Source: a bacterium
GTDB lineage: Bacteria; Patescibacteriota; Patescibacteriia; UBA2196
Length of the DNA: 58,162 nt
Reading direction: 5' to 3'
NCBI GenBank assembly: GCA_035387885.1
Contig: DAOOOW010000004.1
Span: 1 to 58,162, forward strand
The notes beneath the pieces were generated by a model. That model saw only the letters and a list, made by a program, of their open reading frames with translations, was not told the DNA's origin and searched no databases. Positions 16,356-25,592 of the stretch are shown here, one piece after another (position 1 is the first letter of the stretch; each line of letters starts with the position of its first letter). The position numbers and the translations under genes are program-made.

Positions 16356-17378
16356 ATGTTAAAAGTAAAAAAACTTGGAGTCATTTTGCAACCAACCAAA
16401 AAATCTTTTGAAAGCCGAGCGGTTTTAAACCCAGGCATTTACCAGGACGGTAAAAATATCCATGTTTTTTATCGCGCCGTTAATCATCTTAACGAATCAA
16501 GCGTTGGTTATGCTCGCCTTTCTGGACCAACCAAAGTTGTGGAACGTGACAATGTTCCTTTGATTAATCGCGAACATCTCTACGAGACCAAAGGTATTGA
16601 GGATCCGCGTCTGGTTAAAATTGGGGATATTTTTTATCTCACTTATGTTGCTTTTGACGGTAAAAATGCATTGACGGCTTTAGCTACTAGCAAAAATTTA
16701 AAACAATTTGAAAAAAAAGGCATCATTGCCCCACTCATTACTTATGATAAAGCAGAGGACTTTTTTCGTAAATCAAAACTCAAAGACCAATATGCTTTTT
16801 TTGAAAGTTTTTTTAAAGATAAGGTGGCTTATGATATGCTGCTTTGGGAAAAAGACATTTTTCTTTTCCCCGAAAAAATTAAAGGCAAATTCGCTTTAGT
16901 ACACCGAATTTTACCAGAAATTCAAATCGTTTATTTTCGTGATTTTAAAGAATTAACTTTGTCTTTTTGGCACAAATATTTAAAACAATTAAGCCGTTTT
17001 ATTTTATTAGAAAAAAAACACTGGTATGAATCAAGAAATATTGGCGGTGGGGCTCCCCCTATCAAAACAAAAAAGGGCTGGCTTTTAATCTATCATGGGG
17101 TAGAAGAATCCAATCAAAAAAAAGTTTATCACGCCGGAGCAGCCTTATTAGATCTAAAAAATCCACAAAAAGTTTTGGGGCGTCTTAGAGATCCACTTTT
17201 TTCTCCAACCGAAAACTATGAAAAAAAGGGAGAAATTTCTAATGTTGTTTTTCCGACTGGCACGGCCATTTTTGGCAAAGATTTGTATATTTATTATGGC
17301 TGCGCCGACAAAAGAATAGCCGTGGCTAAAGTTAACCTTAATAATTTAATTAAAGAACTTTTAAAAAGTGGCGATTAA
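16356..17378 (+). CDS. GH130-family glycoside phosphorylase/hydrolase (PH1107-related, DUF377)
   Basis: Motifs present: GIEDPRL, YLTYVAFDG, GGGAPPIKTKKGWLLIYHGV, YHAGAALLDL.NP, NVVFPTG and YYGCADKRIAVA. Confidence 0.85.
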   Translation: MLKVKKLGVILQPTKKSFESRAVLNPGIYQDGKNIHVFYRAVNHLNESSVGYARLSGPTKVVERDNVPLINREHLYETKGIEDPRLVKIGDIFYLTYVAFDGKNALTALATSKNLKQFEKKGIIAPLITYDKAEDFFRKSKLKDQYAFFESFFKDKVAYDMLLWEKDIFLFPEKIKGKFALVHRILPEIQIVYFRDFKELTLSFWHKYLKQLSRFILLEKKHWYESRNIGGGAPPIKTKKGWLLIYHGVEESNQKKVYHAGAALLDLKNPQKVLGRLRDPLFSPTENYEKKGEISNVVFPTGTAIFGKDLYIYYGCADKRIAVAKVNLNNLIKELLKSGD

Positions 17379-17408
17379 TTTTTTAAAAATTATTGTCCGA
17401 TATTTTTT

Positions 17409-19670
17409 ATGCTTGCTGATCAGTGCGATTTAATTTCAAAAAATTTTTATCAAGACACAAATAATTCTGAATCAAAGAAAAAACCAGTTCCTGTTTCTGT
17501 TTTATACATGAGCAGTTATCCCCCGCGTGAATGTGGCATTGCCACCTTTACTCGTGATTTAGTTAAAGCTATAGACAAAAAATTTTCACCTTGTTTAGAA
17601 TCAAAAATATTGGCCATAAATGAAAATGGCAGTAGTATTTATAATTATGGTTCTAAAGTCAAATATCAAATTAATCAGACAGATGTTGAAGACTATATTA
17701 ATGTTGCCAAAAAAATCAACAAAGATGATTCTATTAAATTGATTAACATCCAGCATGAATTTGGTTTATTTGGCGGTGAATGGGGTGATTACTTATTAGC
17801 TTTTTTAGAAATGGTTAAAAAACCAGTGATCGTTACTTTTCATAGTTTAATCCCCAATCCAGAACCAAAATTAAAAAAAGTTGTTCAAGCTATTGCTAGC
17901 CGTTGTGAAAAAATTATCGTCATGGCCGAAACGGCTGTAACTATTTATGAAAACGACTATGCTTTAAAAAAGAATAAATTAATAGTTATCCCCCATGGCA
18001 CGCCAGAGATTGAACCTTCTAACAGCGCATTTTTAAAAAAGAAATTAGGTTTTGAAGGCAAAACACTCTTGTCTACTTTTGGTTTATTAAGCAAAGGCAA
18101 AGGTCTTGAGTATGTTATTAAAGCCTTGCCACAAATTATTGCCAAGCATCCTGAGGTTATCTATTTAATCATTGGCGAAACACATCCTGTAGTGCGTAAA
18201 TATGAAGGAGAAAAATATCGCAATAAATTAATCAAATTGGCTCTCGAGCTGGGGCTAAAAGACCAAGTAAAATTTTATAATAAATATTTGAGTCTGGAAG
18301 AAATTATTGAATATTTAAAAGCAACCGATATTTATCTCTGCACGCCCATTGAACCAAACCAAGTAACCTCTGGTACACTGGCCTATGCTCTTTCAGCTGG
18401 CAAAGTGGTTATTGCTAGTTCTTTTTTGCACGCCAAAGAAGTTTTAGCAGACGGCCGAGGAGAATTAGTTGGTTTTAAGGATTCAACTGGTATTACTAGA
18501 ACGATTAATAATATTATTAGTAATCCGAATAAAAAAAATGAGTTAGAAAAAAAAGCCTATCAATATGGTCAAACCACAATCTGGCCCAAGGTAGCAGAAA
18601 AACATCTGACAGTCTTTAAAAAAATTATTAATTTAAAAAATAAAGTTAAACCTTTCCGCTTGCCACCACTTAAATTAAATCATCTTTATAATTTAAGCGA
18701 TGAGGTTGGGATTATTCAACACGCTAAGCACTCAATTAATGATCGCAGTAGCGGTTATACTACTGATGATAATGCGCGCGCTTTAATTGTTGTGACTATG
18801 TATTATCAAAAATGTCCTTCTCCAGACAGCTTGAAATATATTAACATTTATTTAAGTTATCTCTATCATGCTTTAACCGAAGATGGTTGGTTTCATAATT
18901 TTATGAATTATGATCGCAGATTTTTGGATAAAAGGGGCAGTGAAGATTGCTTTGGTAGAACACTGTGGGCAGCTGGTTTTATGTTAAACAGTAATTTACA
19001 AGATAACATTAAAAAAACAGCCAAATTTATTTTTGATAAAGCAATAAAAAATATTACCAAGCTAAAAAGTCCCCGAGGACAAGCTTTTAGTTTAATTGGC
19101 TTATATCACTATTATCAAGCTTGTCCTGAAACGGCTATTAAAGAAAAAATATCTTTTTTAACCCAAAAATTAATTAATCTTTATCAAGGTGAAAAAACCA
19201 ATGACTGGCATTGGTTTGAAGATGATATTACTTATGACAATGGACGTCTATCTGAAGCTTTATTTTTAGCTTATGAAATTACTCAGGATAAACTTTGTTT
19301 AAAAATTGCCAAAGAAAGTCTAGATTTTTTAGCATCTTTAGTAATTCTTAATAATAAATTAGTACTTATTGGCCAGCATGGTTGGTATAAACATAAAGGC
19401 CAACGCGCTTTTTTTGATCAACAACCAGTGGATGCCGCTGCCATGACTCAAGCTTTTTTAACTGCCTACCGCACGACTAAAGAAAAAAAATATTATGATA
19501 AGGCGCATATTTCTTTTTGTTGGTTTTTAGGTTTTAATTCTATTAATCAACTCGTTTATGATGAAACTACAGGTGGTTGCTTTGACGGACTCTTACCTGA
19601 TTGTGTTAATCTTAATCAAGGCGCGGAAAGCACCATTTCTTATCTATTGGCTAGAATGAGCTTTGAATAA
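17409..19670 (+). CDS. GT4 glycosyltransferase fused to a C-terminal ~350-aa (alpha/alpha)6-barrel-like domain
   Basis: The N-terminal half has the GT-B group 1 pattern (..GKGLEY.I.A...........L.I.GE.HP......, E...SGTLAYALSAGK.VI.S). The C-terminal half is helical and W/Y-rich (TDDNARAL, NQGAESTISYLLA). Confidence 0.75.
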   Translation: MLADQCDLISKNFYQDTNNSESKKKPVPVSVLYMSSYPPRECGIATFTRDLVKAIDKKFSPCLESKILAINENGSSIYNYGSKVKYQINQTDVEDYINVAKKINKDDSIKLINIQHEFGLFGGEWGDYLLAFLEMVKKPVIVTFHSLIPNPEPKLKKVVQAIASRCEKIIVMAETAVTIYENDYALKKNKLIVIPHGTPEIEPSNSAFLKKKLGFEGKTLLSTFGLLSKGKGLEYVIKALPQIIAKHPEVIYLIIGETHPVVRKYEGEKYRNKLIKLALELGLKDQVKFYNKYLSLEEIIEYLKATDIYLCTPIEPNQVTSGTLAYALSAGKVVIASSFLHAKEVLADGRGELVGFKDSTGITRTINNIISNPNKKNELEKKAYQYGQTTIWPKVAEKHLTVFKKIINLKNKVKPFRLPPLKLNHLYNLSDEVGIIQHAKHSINDRSSGYTTDDNARALIVVTMYYQKCPSPDSLKYINIYLSYLYHALTEDGWFHNFMNYDRRFLDKRGSEDCFGRTLWAAGFMLNSNLQDNIKKTAKFIFDKAIKNITKLKSPRGQAFSLIGLYHYYQACPETAIKEKISFLTQKLINLYQGEKTNDWHWFEDDITYDNGRLSEALFLAYEITQDKLCLKIAKESLDFLASLVILNNKLVLIGQHGWYKHKGQRAFFDQQPVDAAAMTQAFLTAYRTTKEKKYYDKAHISFCWFLGFNSINQLVYDETTGGCFDGLLPDCVNLNQGAESTISYLLARMSFE

Positions 19671-19747
19671 TATTTTTAATTTCCAATTTTTAAACATTAG
19701 AAATTCAAATTTATTTATAAAATTACAAAATTAAAAATTTAAAAATT

Positions 19748-20893
19748 ATGATAAATAAAAATCTATTAGGTGAAGCATATCAACAGGCTATCGATGCTCT
19801 CAAACACTGCATTAATCAGAATAGTCTTTATGCTTCTGGTACACCTAACGGCTATTTAGCCACCTGGTCTAGAGATTTAAACATCGCCATGCTTGGTGGC
19901 AGCTTGGTTGCTAAAGATTTTCAAGAAGTATTTAAAAAAAGTTTATGCCTCTTGACCGATAACCAACCCATAAGCGGGCAAATTCCTAACTGTGTGGGCG
20001 ATTTTAATACTGATCGTAATTCCATTGTCACTTTTACGACCATTGATTCTAGTTTATGGTTTATAATTGGTGAATATGTTTATAAACAGGCTTACCATGA
20101 TGCCACTTTATTCAAAAAGCACGAATCTGCAATTAATAAAACTTGGTTTTGGTTAACTTGCCAAGATACGGGCGAAGATCATTTGCCAGAACAACACCCC
20201 ACGAGCGATTGGCAGGATGCTTTCCCACACAAATATGGCCACTGCCTTAGCACTCAAGCCCTTTATTACGCGGCCCTAAAGATGGCTGGAAAAAATAATG
20301 AAGCTTTATTAGTTAAAAAAATCGTTAATGGTCAAGGTCGACCAGATTTAAAAATGTTTGATGATGAACGTGGATATTATTTGCCTTATGTTTGGAAAAA
20401 TCATGATGGTGATCATGAAAAAGGTCATTGGTTTGATACCCAAGGAAATTTACTGGCGATTATGACCGGACTGGCTGATAAACATCAGACTGAGAAAATT
20501 TTAAATTACATTGAAAAAAACAAAATCAATAAACCTTACCCTGTTAAAGCTATTTATCCAGCTTTAAAAAAAGGAGACAAAGAATGGTTTTCTTATTTTG
20601 AAAAATGTAATGCTAAAGACCCGTATCAATATTTAAATGGCGGTATCTGGCCATATTTAGGCGCGTTTTATGTGGCGGCTTTGATTAAAGCTAAAAAAAA
20701 TGCCAAAGCACAAAAAGAATTAGCCAATTTAACCCTAGCAAATCAAATTGGCAGAGAAAGAGAATGGGAATTTAATGAATGGCTCGATGGTCTTACTGGT
20801 AAGCCTAAGGGCGCGGTTTATCAAGCCTGGTCTGCTGGAGCCTACATTTTTGCTAACGCCTGTGTGCAAAGAAAAAAAATAATTTATTTTTAA
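19748..20893 (+). CDS. (alpha/alpha)6-barrel glycoside hydrolase, amylo-alpha-1,6-glucosidase / GH100-invertase-like
   Basis: Motifs present: WSRD, SIDSSLWFII, HPTSDWQDAFPH, NGGIWPYLGAFYV and EW.FNEWLDG.TG.P.G...QAWSAG. Confidence 0.75.
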   Translation: MINKNLLGEAYQQAIDALKHCINQNSLYASGTPNGYLATWSRDLNIAMLGGSLVAKDFQEVFKKSLCLLTDNQPISGQIPNCVGDFNTDRNSIVTFTTIDSSLWFIIGEYVYKQAYHDATLFKKHESAINKTWFWLTCQDTGEDHLPEQHPTSDWQDAFPHKYGHCLSTQALYYAALKMAGKNNEALLVKKIVNGQGRPDLKMFDDERGYYLPYVWKNHDGDHEKGHWFDTQGNLLAIMTGLADKHQTEKILNYIEKNKINKPYPVKAIYPALKKGDKEWFSYFEKCNAKDPYQYLNGGIWPYLGAFYVAALIKAKKNAKAQKELANLTLANQIGREREWEFNEWLDGLTGKPKGAVYQAWSAGAYIFANACVQRKKIIYF

Positions 20894-20903
20894 AACAAAA
20901 AAA

Positions 20904-20939
20904 CCGTCTCTCATAACAATTCTTTTCTTGAAGAGACGT
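20904..20939. terminator. Bidirectional terminator between convergent genes
   Basis: A CGTCTCT/AGAGACG stem is flanked by an A-run and a T-run. Confidence 0.55.
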
Positions 20940-20946
20940 TTTTTGT

Positions 20947-22095
20947 TTACTTAAGATTTAATTTTTCTTGTAAAATATTTAAACAATGAGCTGCTAATTT
21001 TTTATAATCAAATTTTGCCAAGGCATGCGCAGCTGCTTTCTCCCCCATTTCAGCTGCCAATTTTTCATCAGTTAAAAGTTTTAAAGTATAAGTGGCAAGC
21101 TCGTCAATATCAGCTCGATAACCAAAAATTTTGGGCTGCTGAAATTTAACTTTAAATTCTTCACCAAAACCCATCTCTGGATACACCCACTCTTCGGTCA
21201 ACTCTACAGTTTCACCGACTTTAGCCAAAAATCCAGTTTCACCCTGAATAATGGTATCTTTTGGCCCCATGGCGTCAATTGAGATAACTGGCTTACCACA
21301 AGCCATGGCTTCCACTTGGATCATGCCAAAACCTTCAAGACGAGAAGGTGCGGCATAGATGTCGCAAGCATTTAAAAGAAACGGCATAAATTCACGAGAA
21401 AAATCTTCGGTATAATAAATAACTTTATTTCTATCTAAACCAACTTTACCCATCATGGCCAGTTCTTCTTCATGATGATTACGCGCGCATTCACTGGTGG
21501 TTGATTTACAAACATATTTCCAATTTTTAAATTGTTGATCAACCTTAGCCAAGGCCTGAATCATTTCTTGAGCACCCTTTGAGGTGGTGTCTCCTCCTAC
21601 AGTTAAAATCATTTTTTCATGATCTTTAATATTAAACATACGTCGGATTTCTTGCACACCCGGATTGTCTTTGGGTAATGGTTTAAACAATTTAGGATCA
21701 TAACCAACATGCAAAACTTCAAAATTTCTGACGTCTACCCCATCTCTTTTATATGTTTCTCTAACCCAGGAGGAAGTCACCAAAACTAAAGGTAAACTAT
21801 TTAGGTCAGCATGATAGTTAGCCACCCAACCATCAGATAAAAGCCACGGCACTGGTGTTAAATCAAATTTTTTAGGATGTCGAATGATAGAGGGTGTATC
21901 TACCCACCAACCCAAGCCAATCACAGCATCAGGTTTGATGGCGCGATAATAAAATTCTTTTTCTGCCACTCGATCCTGATAATGTGAAGGATAACATTCA
22001 ACACCGAGTTCTTTTAAACCCTGATAAAGCAATTGCCCTTGAATGGAAAGACTGCCAAACGTAGTCGGATGTTCAAAAAGAATAAGTAGTTTCAT
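20947..22095 (-). CDS. GT4 (group 1) glycosyltransferase
   Basis: GT-B C-terminal motif: PSRLEGFGMIQVEAMACGKPVIS......DTI..GETGFL. Confidence 0.85.
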   Translation of the reverse strand: MKLLILFEHPTTFGSLSIQGQLLYQGLKELGVECYPSHYQDRVAEKEFYYRAIKPDAVIGLGWWVDTPSIIRHPKKFDLTPVPWLLSDGWVANYHADLNSLPLVLVTSSWVRETYKRDGVDVRNFEVLHVGYDPKLFKPLPKDNPGVQEIRRMFNIKDHEKMILTVGGDTTSKGAQEMIQALAKVDQQFKNWKYVCKSTTSECARNHHEEELAMMGKVGLDRNKVIYYTEDFSREFMPFLLNACDIYAAPSRLEGFGMIQVEAMACGKPVISIDAMGPKDTIIQGETGFLAKVGETVELTEEWVYPEMGFGEEFKVKFQQPKIFGYRADIDELATYTLKLLTDEKLAAEMGEKAAAHALAKFDYKKLAAHCLNILQEKLNLK

Positions 22096-22108
22096 AAAAA
22101 ATTAAGTA

Positions 22109-22711
22109 TTAATAGTTAAGATATGTTTCTTTTTTTAGACAACTTTGATATTCAAAAGATTTTTTTGAAAAACCATACAGCTCAAAAACCAAATCTCTTT
22201 TTTGTTGCCAAATTATTTCTTTTAAAATTATTTCATGACTGGCTTTTTGATTATCATTAAATATTTTTTTATTTTTATTTACTCGATAACAGAAAAAATA
22301 TTTTCTCTTGGCTAGCATTTTTTTTTCTTTAATCAGTTCTTTAATGGCTAAGTGGGCTCCAATGTGTCGTTCGTGGCCATATTCCCCATTTAAATTGTGG
22401 CTGAAAATATAATCAAATTCTTTATTTTTTATTTTTTGCAAAATTATTTTTTTAATAACTGGTATAGATTGTTTGACTGTCATAAAGCCTTCATCTTCCA
22501 AATTGGTTATTATGCCTTTAGCGCCATATTTTTTCATCACTTTTAAAAATTTAGGATAACGATCAGTGTCATGTCGACGACACAGCGAAAGAACGGTCCA
22601 GTTAACTTGAGGATAACTAAGCATGGTGCCTCCCATCCAAATTGTTTCATCATCTGGATGAGCCACAACAACCAATGCTTTGCTTGAAGCAGGTAATTTT
22701 AATTTTGTCAT
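22109..22711 (-). CDS. PIG-L/LmbE family N-acetylglucosaminyl deacetylase
   Basis: Motif VVVAHPDDETIWMGG plus the downstream His cluster GEYGHERH. Confidence 0.85.
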   Translation of the reverse strand: MTKLKLPASSKALVVVAHPDDETIWMGGTMLSYPQVNWTVLSLCRRHDTDRYPKFLKVMKKYGAKGIITNLEDEGFMTVKQSIPVIKKIILQKIKNKEFDYIFSHNLNGEYGHERHIGAHLAIKELIKEKKMLAKRKYFFCYRVNKNKKIFNDNQKASHEIILKEIIWQQKRDLVFELYGFSKKSFEYQSCLKKETYLNY

Positions 22712-22734
22712 AAATTATTTATTAATTCAATAAC

Positions 22735-23793
22735 TTAACCCTTAAATTTACCAGAAGCTGTAGACACCAATTCTCTTACTTCTAAATTAGAGGCCAGACC
22801 TAAAAAATAAGCTAGGTATTGGGCTAATAAAAGAGTGGAAAAAAACTTTTTAAAAAAATCAGCCTGTTCCATTTTTATGACAACCAGCTGGCTATTTTTA
22901 TTTTGTTTACCTAAAATTTTGACTAAATATTTTATTTTATCTTTGGTATATTGATCATCGCTTTTATCTGCCAAAATAACAGCCCCCAATTTATTTTTGG
23001 CTGAAGAAAAAACAGCGATTTCACAATGAGTAAATTCATGGAAAGAATTTATGTGAGCCGACACTAGGGCTAACTCATTCAAATGCATCACAATAACTTT
23101 TAAAAGCATTAGGTACCATTTGGGTGTGGCCAGAAAAATAAGCTCTCTGTCTTTTAACTTTTTGGCTATTTGTCTAACTTGAGTAATTTTTTGCCCAGTA
23201 AATTCTTTTTTTATGTCTGCTACTGTCTTAATTAACTCTGCTTGATAATTACTCTTAATAATTTTTAACTCATAAAAAATATCAAGTAGTATAACAAAAA
23301 ATTGAGGCACGTGCAGGACAGAATAAATTTCATTAGGATTTTGCAACTGCCAGCTAATTAGAGACACCTTGTCTGTTTGAGCAATTTTTGCCATTTCGCC
23401 TCCAGTAGTTAAAAAAATAATATTTTTTGTCACTTTTTTTATCTGTTCATAAACTTTAAGCGGTTCCACAGAATTGCCACTGAAAGAATTCAAGATAAAC
23501 AAAGTTTGCTGATTTTTTAAGTTTTCATTATCAAGTACATAATTAAGATCATAATCATTAATAACTTCAATTGGCAGGGCAACTTTTTGTTCAATAAAAA
23601 AACCCTTCAGCATTTCAGCAACAATAGCCGAGGCTCCCATGCCTATAAAAACAATTCGTTTAAAGCTCCCCTGTTCAACTTTTTGTCTTAGTTCTGGTTT
23701 GAGATTAGCTAAGGAATAGTCTTTATTTTTGATTAGGCTAGCAAGATATTCTTTTTCAATAAATTGTTGATATTTTTGTAATCTTGGTTGCAT
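22735..23793 (-). CDS. SIS-domain bifunctional phosphoglucose/phosphomannose isomerase-like protein
   Basis: It has two SIS-like halves. The motifs are RIVFIGMGASAIVAEM and FLTTGGEMA. Confidence 0.7.
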   Translation of the reverse strand: MQPRLQKYQQFIEKEYLASLIKNKDYSLANLKPELRQKVEQGSFKRIVFIGMGASAIVAEMLKGFFIEQKVALPIEVINDYDLNYVLDNENLKNQQTLFILNSFSGNSVEPLKVYEQIKKVTKNIIFLTTGGEMAKIAQTDKVSLISWQLQNPNEIYSVLHVPQFFVILLDIFYELKIIKSNYQAELIKTVADIKKEFTGQKITQVRQIAKKLKDRELIFLATPKWYLMLLKVIVMHLNELALVSAHINSFHEFTHCEIAVFSSAKNKLGAVILADKSDDQYTKDKIKYLVKILGKQNKNSQLVVIKMEQADFFKKFFSTLLLAQYLAYFLGLASNLEVRELVSTASGKFKG

Positions 23794-24074
23794 ACTTTCT
23801 TGTTTTTATCTTACCATAAGACAAATCAATAAACAAATATAAAAAACACCAAGTATTGTTAAATCATCACAACCCTTTAAATATACTAAAATTCAAATAT
23901 ACCAATTAAACAATTATAAAAAAATTCTAATCAAAAAAATTCCGACGTTAGTCAGAATTTTTTCTTAAAAAAAGCTCAAACCCACAAAATCCATATTACC
24001 AGTTTGACACCACCACACTCAACTACATAAAAATAAAAATTACCACCTAAACCAAAATCACTTGAATTAATTTT

Positions 24075-25307
24075 CTATCCAAACATCAACCATTCTGGCT
24101 TAAATAATAAAAGTAAACCAATAATTAACATCAAAGCACCACCAATTAATTTTGAATAACGAGAGTATTTGGTGGTAATACCCGTCATCCGTAAAGTAGT
24201 CATGGCCACAAAAAAGACAAATAAATCATCTAGCATGAAAAAGAAAATATAAAGCAAAATATAAAGATAATATTGCCATTTGGCCAAATCACTTAAAGCC
24301 AACACCTGTGTATAGACCGCCGGTAATCCTGCCGAACAAATCAACTCAACTAAATTGACTGCAAAAGCCAAAAGAATAATGCCACCCAAAGCCAACCAGA
24401 AGCTATGCTGTCCAATTATCTTTTTTAATTTTTCAAAAACCTTCTGACGTTTTTCATCATTCGTAACCTTACAACCACTATTTTTATTAAATAAAAATTC
24501 CTTAATATTATACCCACCGCCAAATAAGGCTAGCCCGCCAATTATCACCCGTACCCAAACCACAAAACCTAAAAATAAAATCAAATTCAGCCAAGCGGCC
24601 ATAAAAACGAAATAAACCAAAGCCGAAATAATAATAAAAGCGGTGCCAAGTATCCACATTCTTTTTCTGTCTTGAATGCCCAAAAGTAAACTTATTAAAA
24701 ATAAAAGTGTCCACATGGCGCAAGGATTAAAACCATCTAAAGCTCCCATAGCAACGGTCAAAACAGGTAAAGAAATTTTTTTAATCTCAATATCACCCAA
24801 TAAAGGCAAATTAATTTTTTGTGGTAAGTGGTTGATATTTTCTTCTTGCTCACAGCTTTCTTCACTTAAATTACTATCAATCTGATTAACAATATTCTTA
24901 GGGTCTTGTATTTCTTTAACCACATCACGACAACTACTGACGATTGCTTGCTCAACCGCTTTAGTAATACCTAAGCCAGTAGTTTGTTCATCATACCAAC
25001 CAATAAAATAATTTTCTCCAACTAAAGTAAAAGGCACACCGGAAACATTAATATCTAATTTTTTACCAATAGCAATCAAGAGATTCAAACTGTCTTTATT
25101 TGAACTAATGTCAAAAGCCTGCAATTCAACAGCCGGATTTTGCTTGATTAAATTTTCCAGAAAAGGCCTCTCGCTAGCACAATGCGGACAACCTTGTTGC
25201 CAAAAAAAATAAATATTAATCTTGTTTTGTTCTTGCGCTTTTGCCACGTTTAAAAGCAAAAAACAAGAAAAAAATAAAATTAAAAAAAATAATAAAAATC
25301 TTTTCAT
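24075..25307 (-). CDS. Thioredoxin-fold domain fused to a DsbD_2/CcdA-like 6-TM thiol:disulfide electron-transfer membrane protein (copy A)
   Basis: It has a signal/TM segment, WQQGCPHCA (CxxC), and the TM motifs DGFNPCAMW and ELICSAGLPAVYT. The start is set at MKRFLLFF by analogy with paralog B; the ORF track extends to 25331. Confidence 0.8.
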   Translation of the reverse strand: MKRFLLFFLILFFSCFLLLNVAKAQEQNKINIYFFWQQGCPHCASERPFLENLIKQNPAVELQAFDISSNKDSLNLLIAIGKKLDINVSGVPFTLVGENYFIGWYDEQTTGLGITKAVEQAIVSSCRDVVKEIQDPKNIVNQIDSNLSEESCEQEENINHLPQKINLPLLGDIEIKKISLPVLTVAMGALDGFNPCAMWTLLFLISLLLGIQDRKRMWILGTAFIIISALVYFVFMAAWLNLILFLGFVVWVRVIIGGLALFGGGYNIKEFLFNKNSGCKVTNDEKRQKVFEKLKKIIGQHSFWLALGGIILLAFAVNLVELICSAGLPAVYTQVLALSDLAKWQYYLYILLYIFFFMLDDLFVFFVAMTTLRMTGITTKYSRYSKLIGGALMLIIGLLLLFKPEWLMFG

Positions 25308-25308
25308 A

Positions 25309-25578
25309 TCATTTAGCGCGATTTTGCTCAAGGATCTCTATAATTTTTTTCTTATCTATCTCGCCATTTAAACGCAAAAACTCTTTATCTTGATTGTCCA
25401 GAAAAATAAAGGTAGGCAAAGTCTTAGTAATTTTATATTTTTCCACCATTATTTTGTCATTATCAAAATCATAATACTCTGTTTTAAGCCAAGCATTTTC
25501 TTTTTCAATTTCCTGCCATCTGGGTTTCATAACCAAACACCCCGAACACCAGACAGCGCCAAATTTTAATACTTTCAT
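25309..25578 (-). CDS. Small thioredoxin-like protein
   Basis: 89 aa with KFGAVWCSGC (CxxC) and a Trx-fold length. Confidence 0.8.
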   Translation of the reverse strand: MKVLKFGAVWCSGCLVMKPRWQEIEKENAWLKTEYYDFDNDKIMVEKYKITKTLPTFIFLDNQDKEFLRLNGEIDKKKIIEILEQNRAK

Positions 25579-25592
25579 ATGATTAAAATTAA

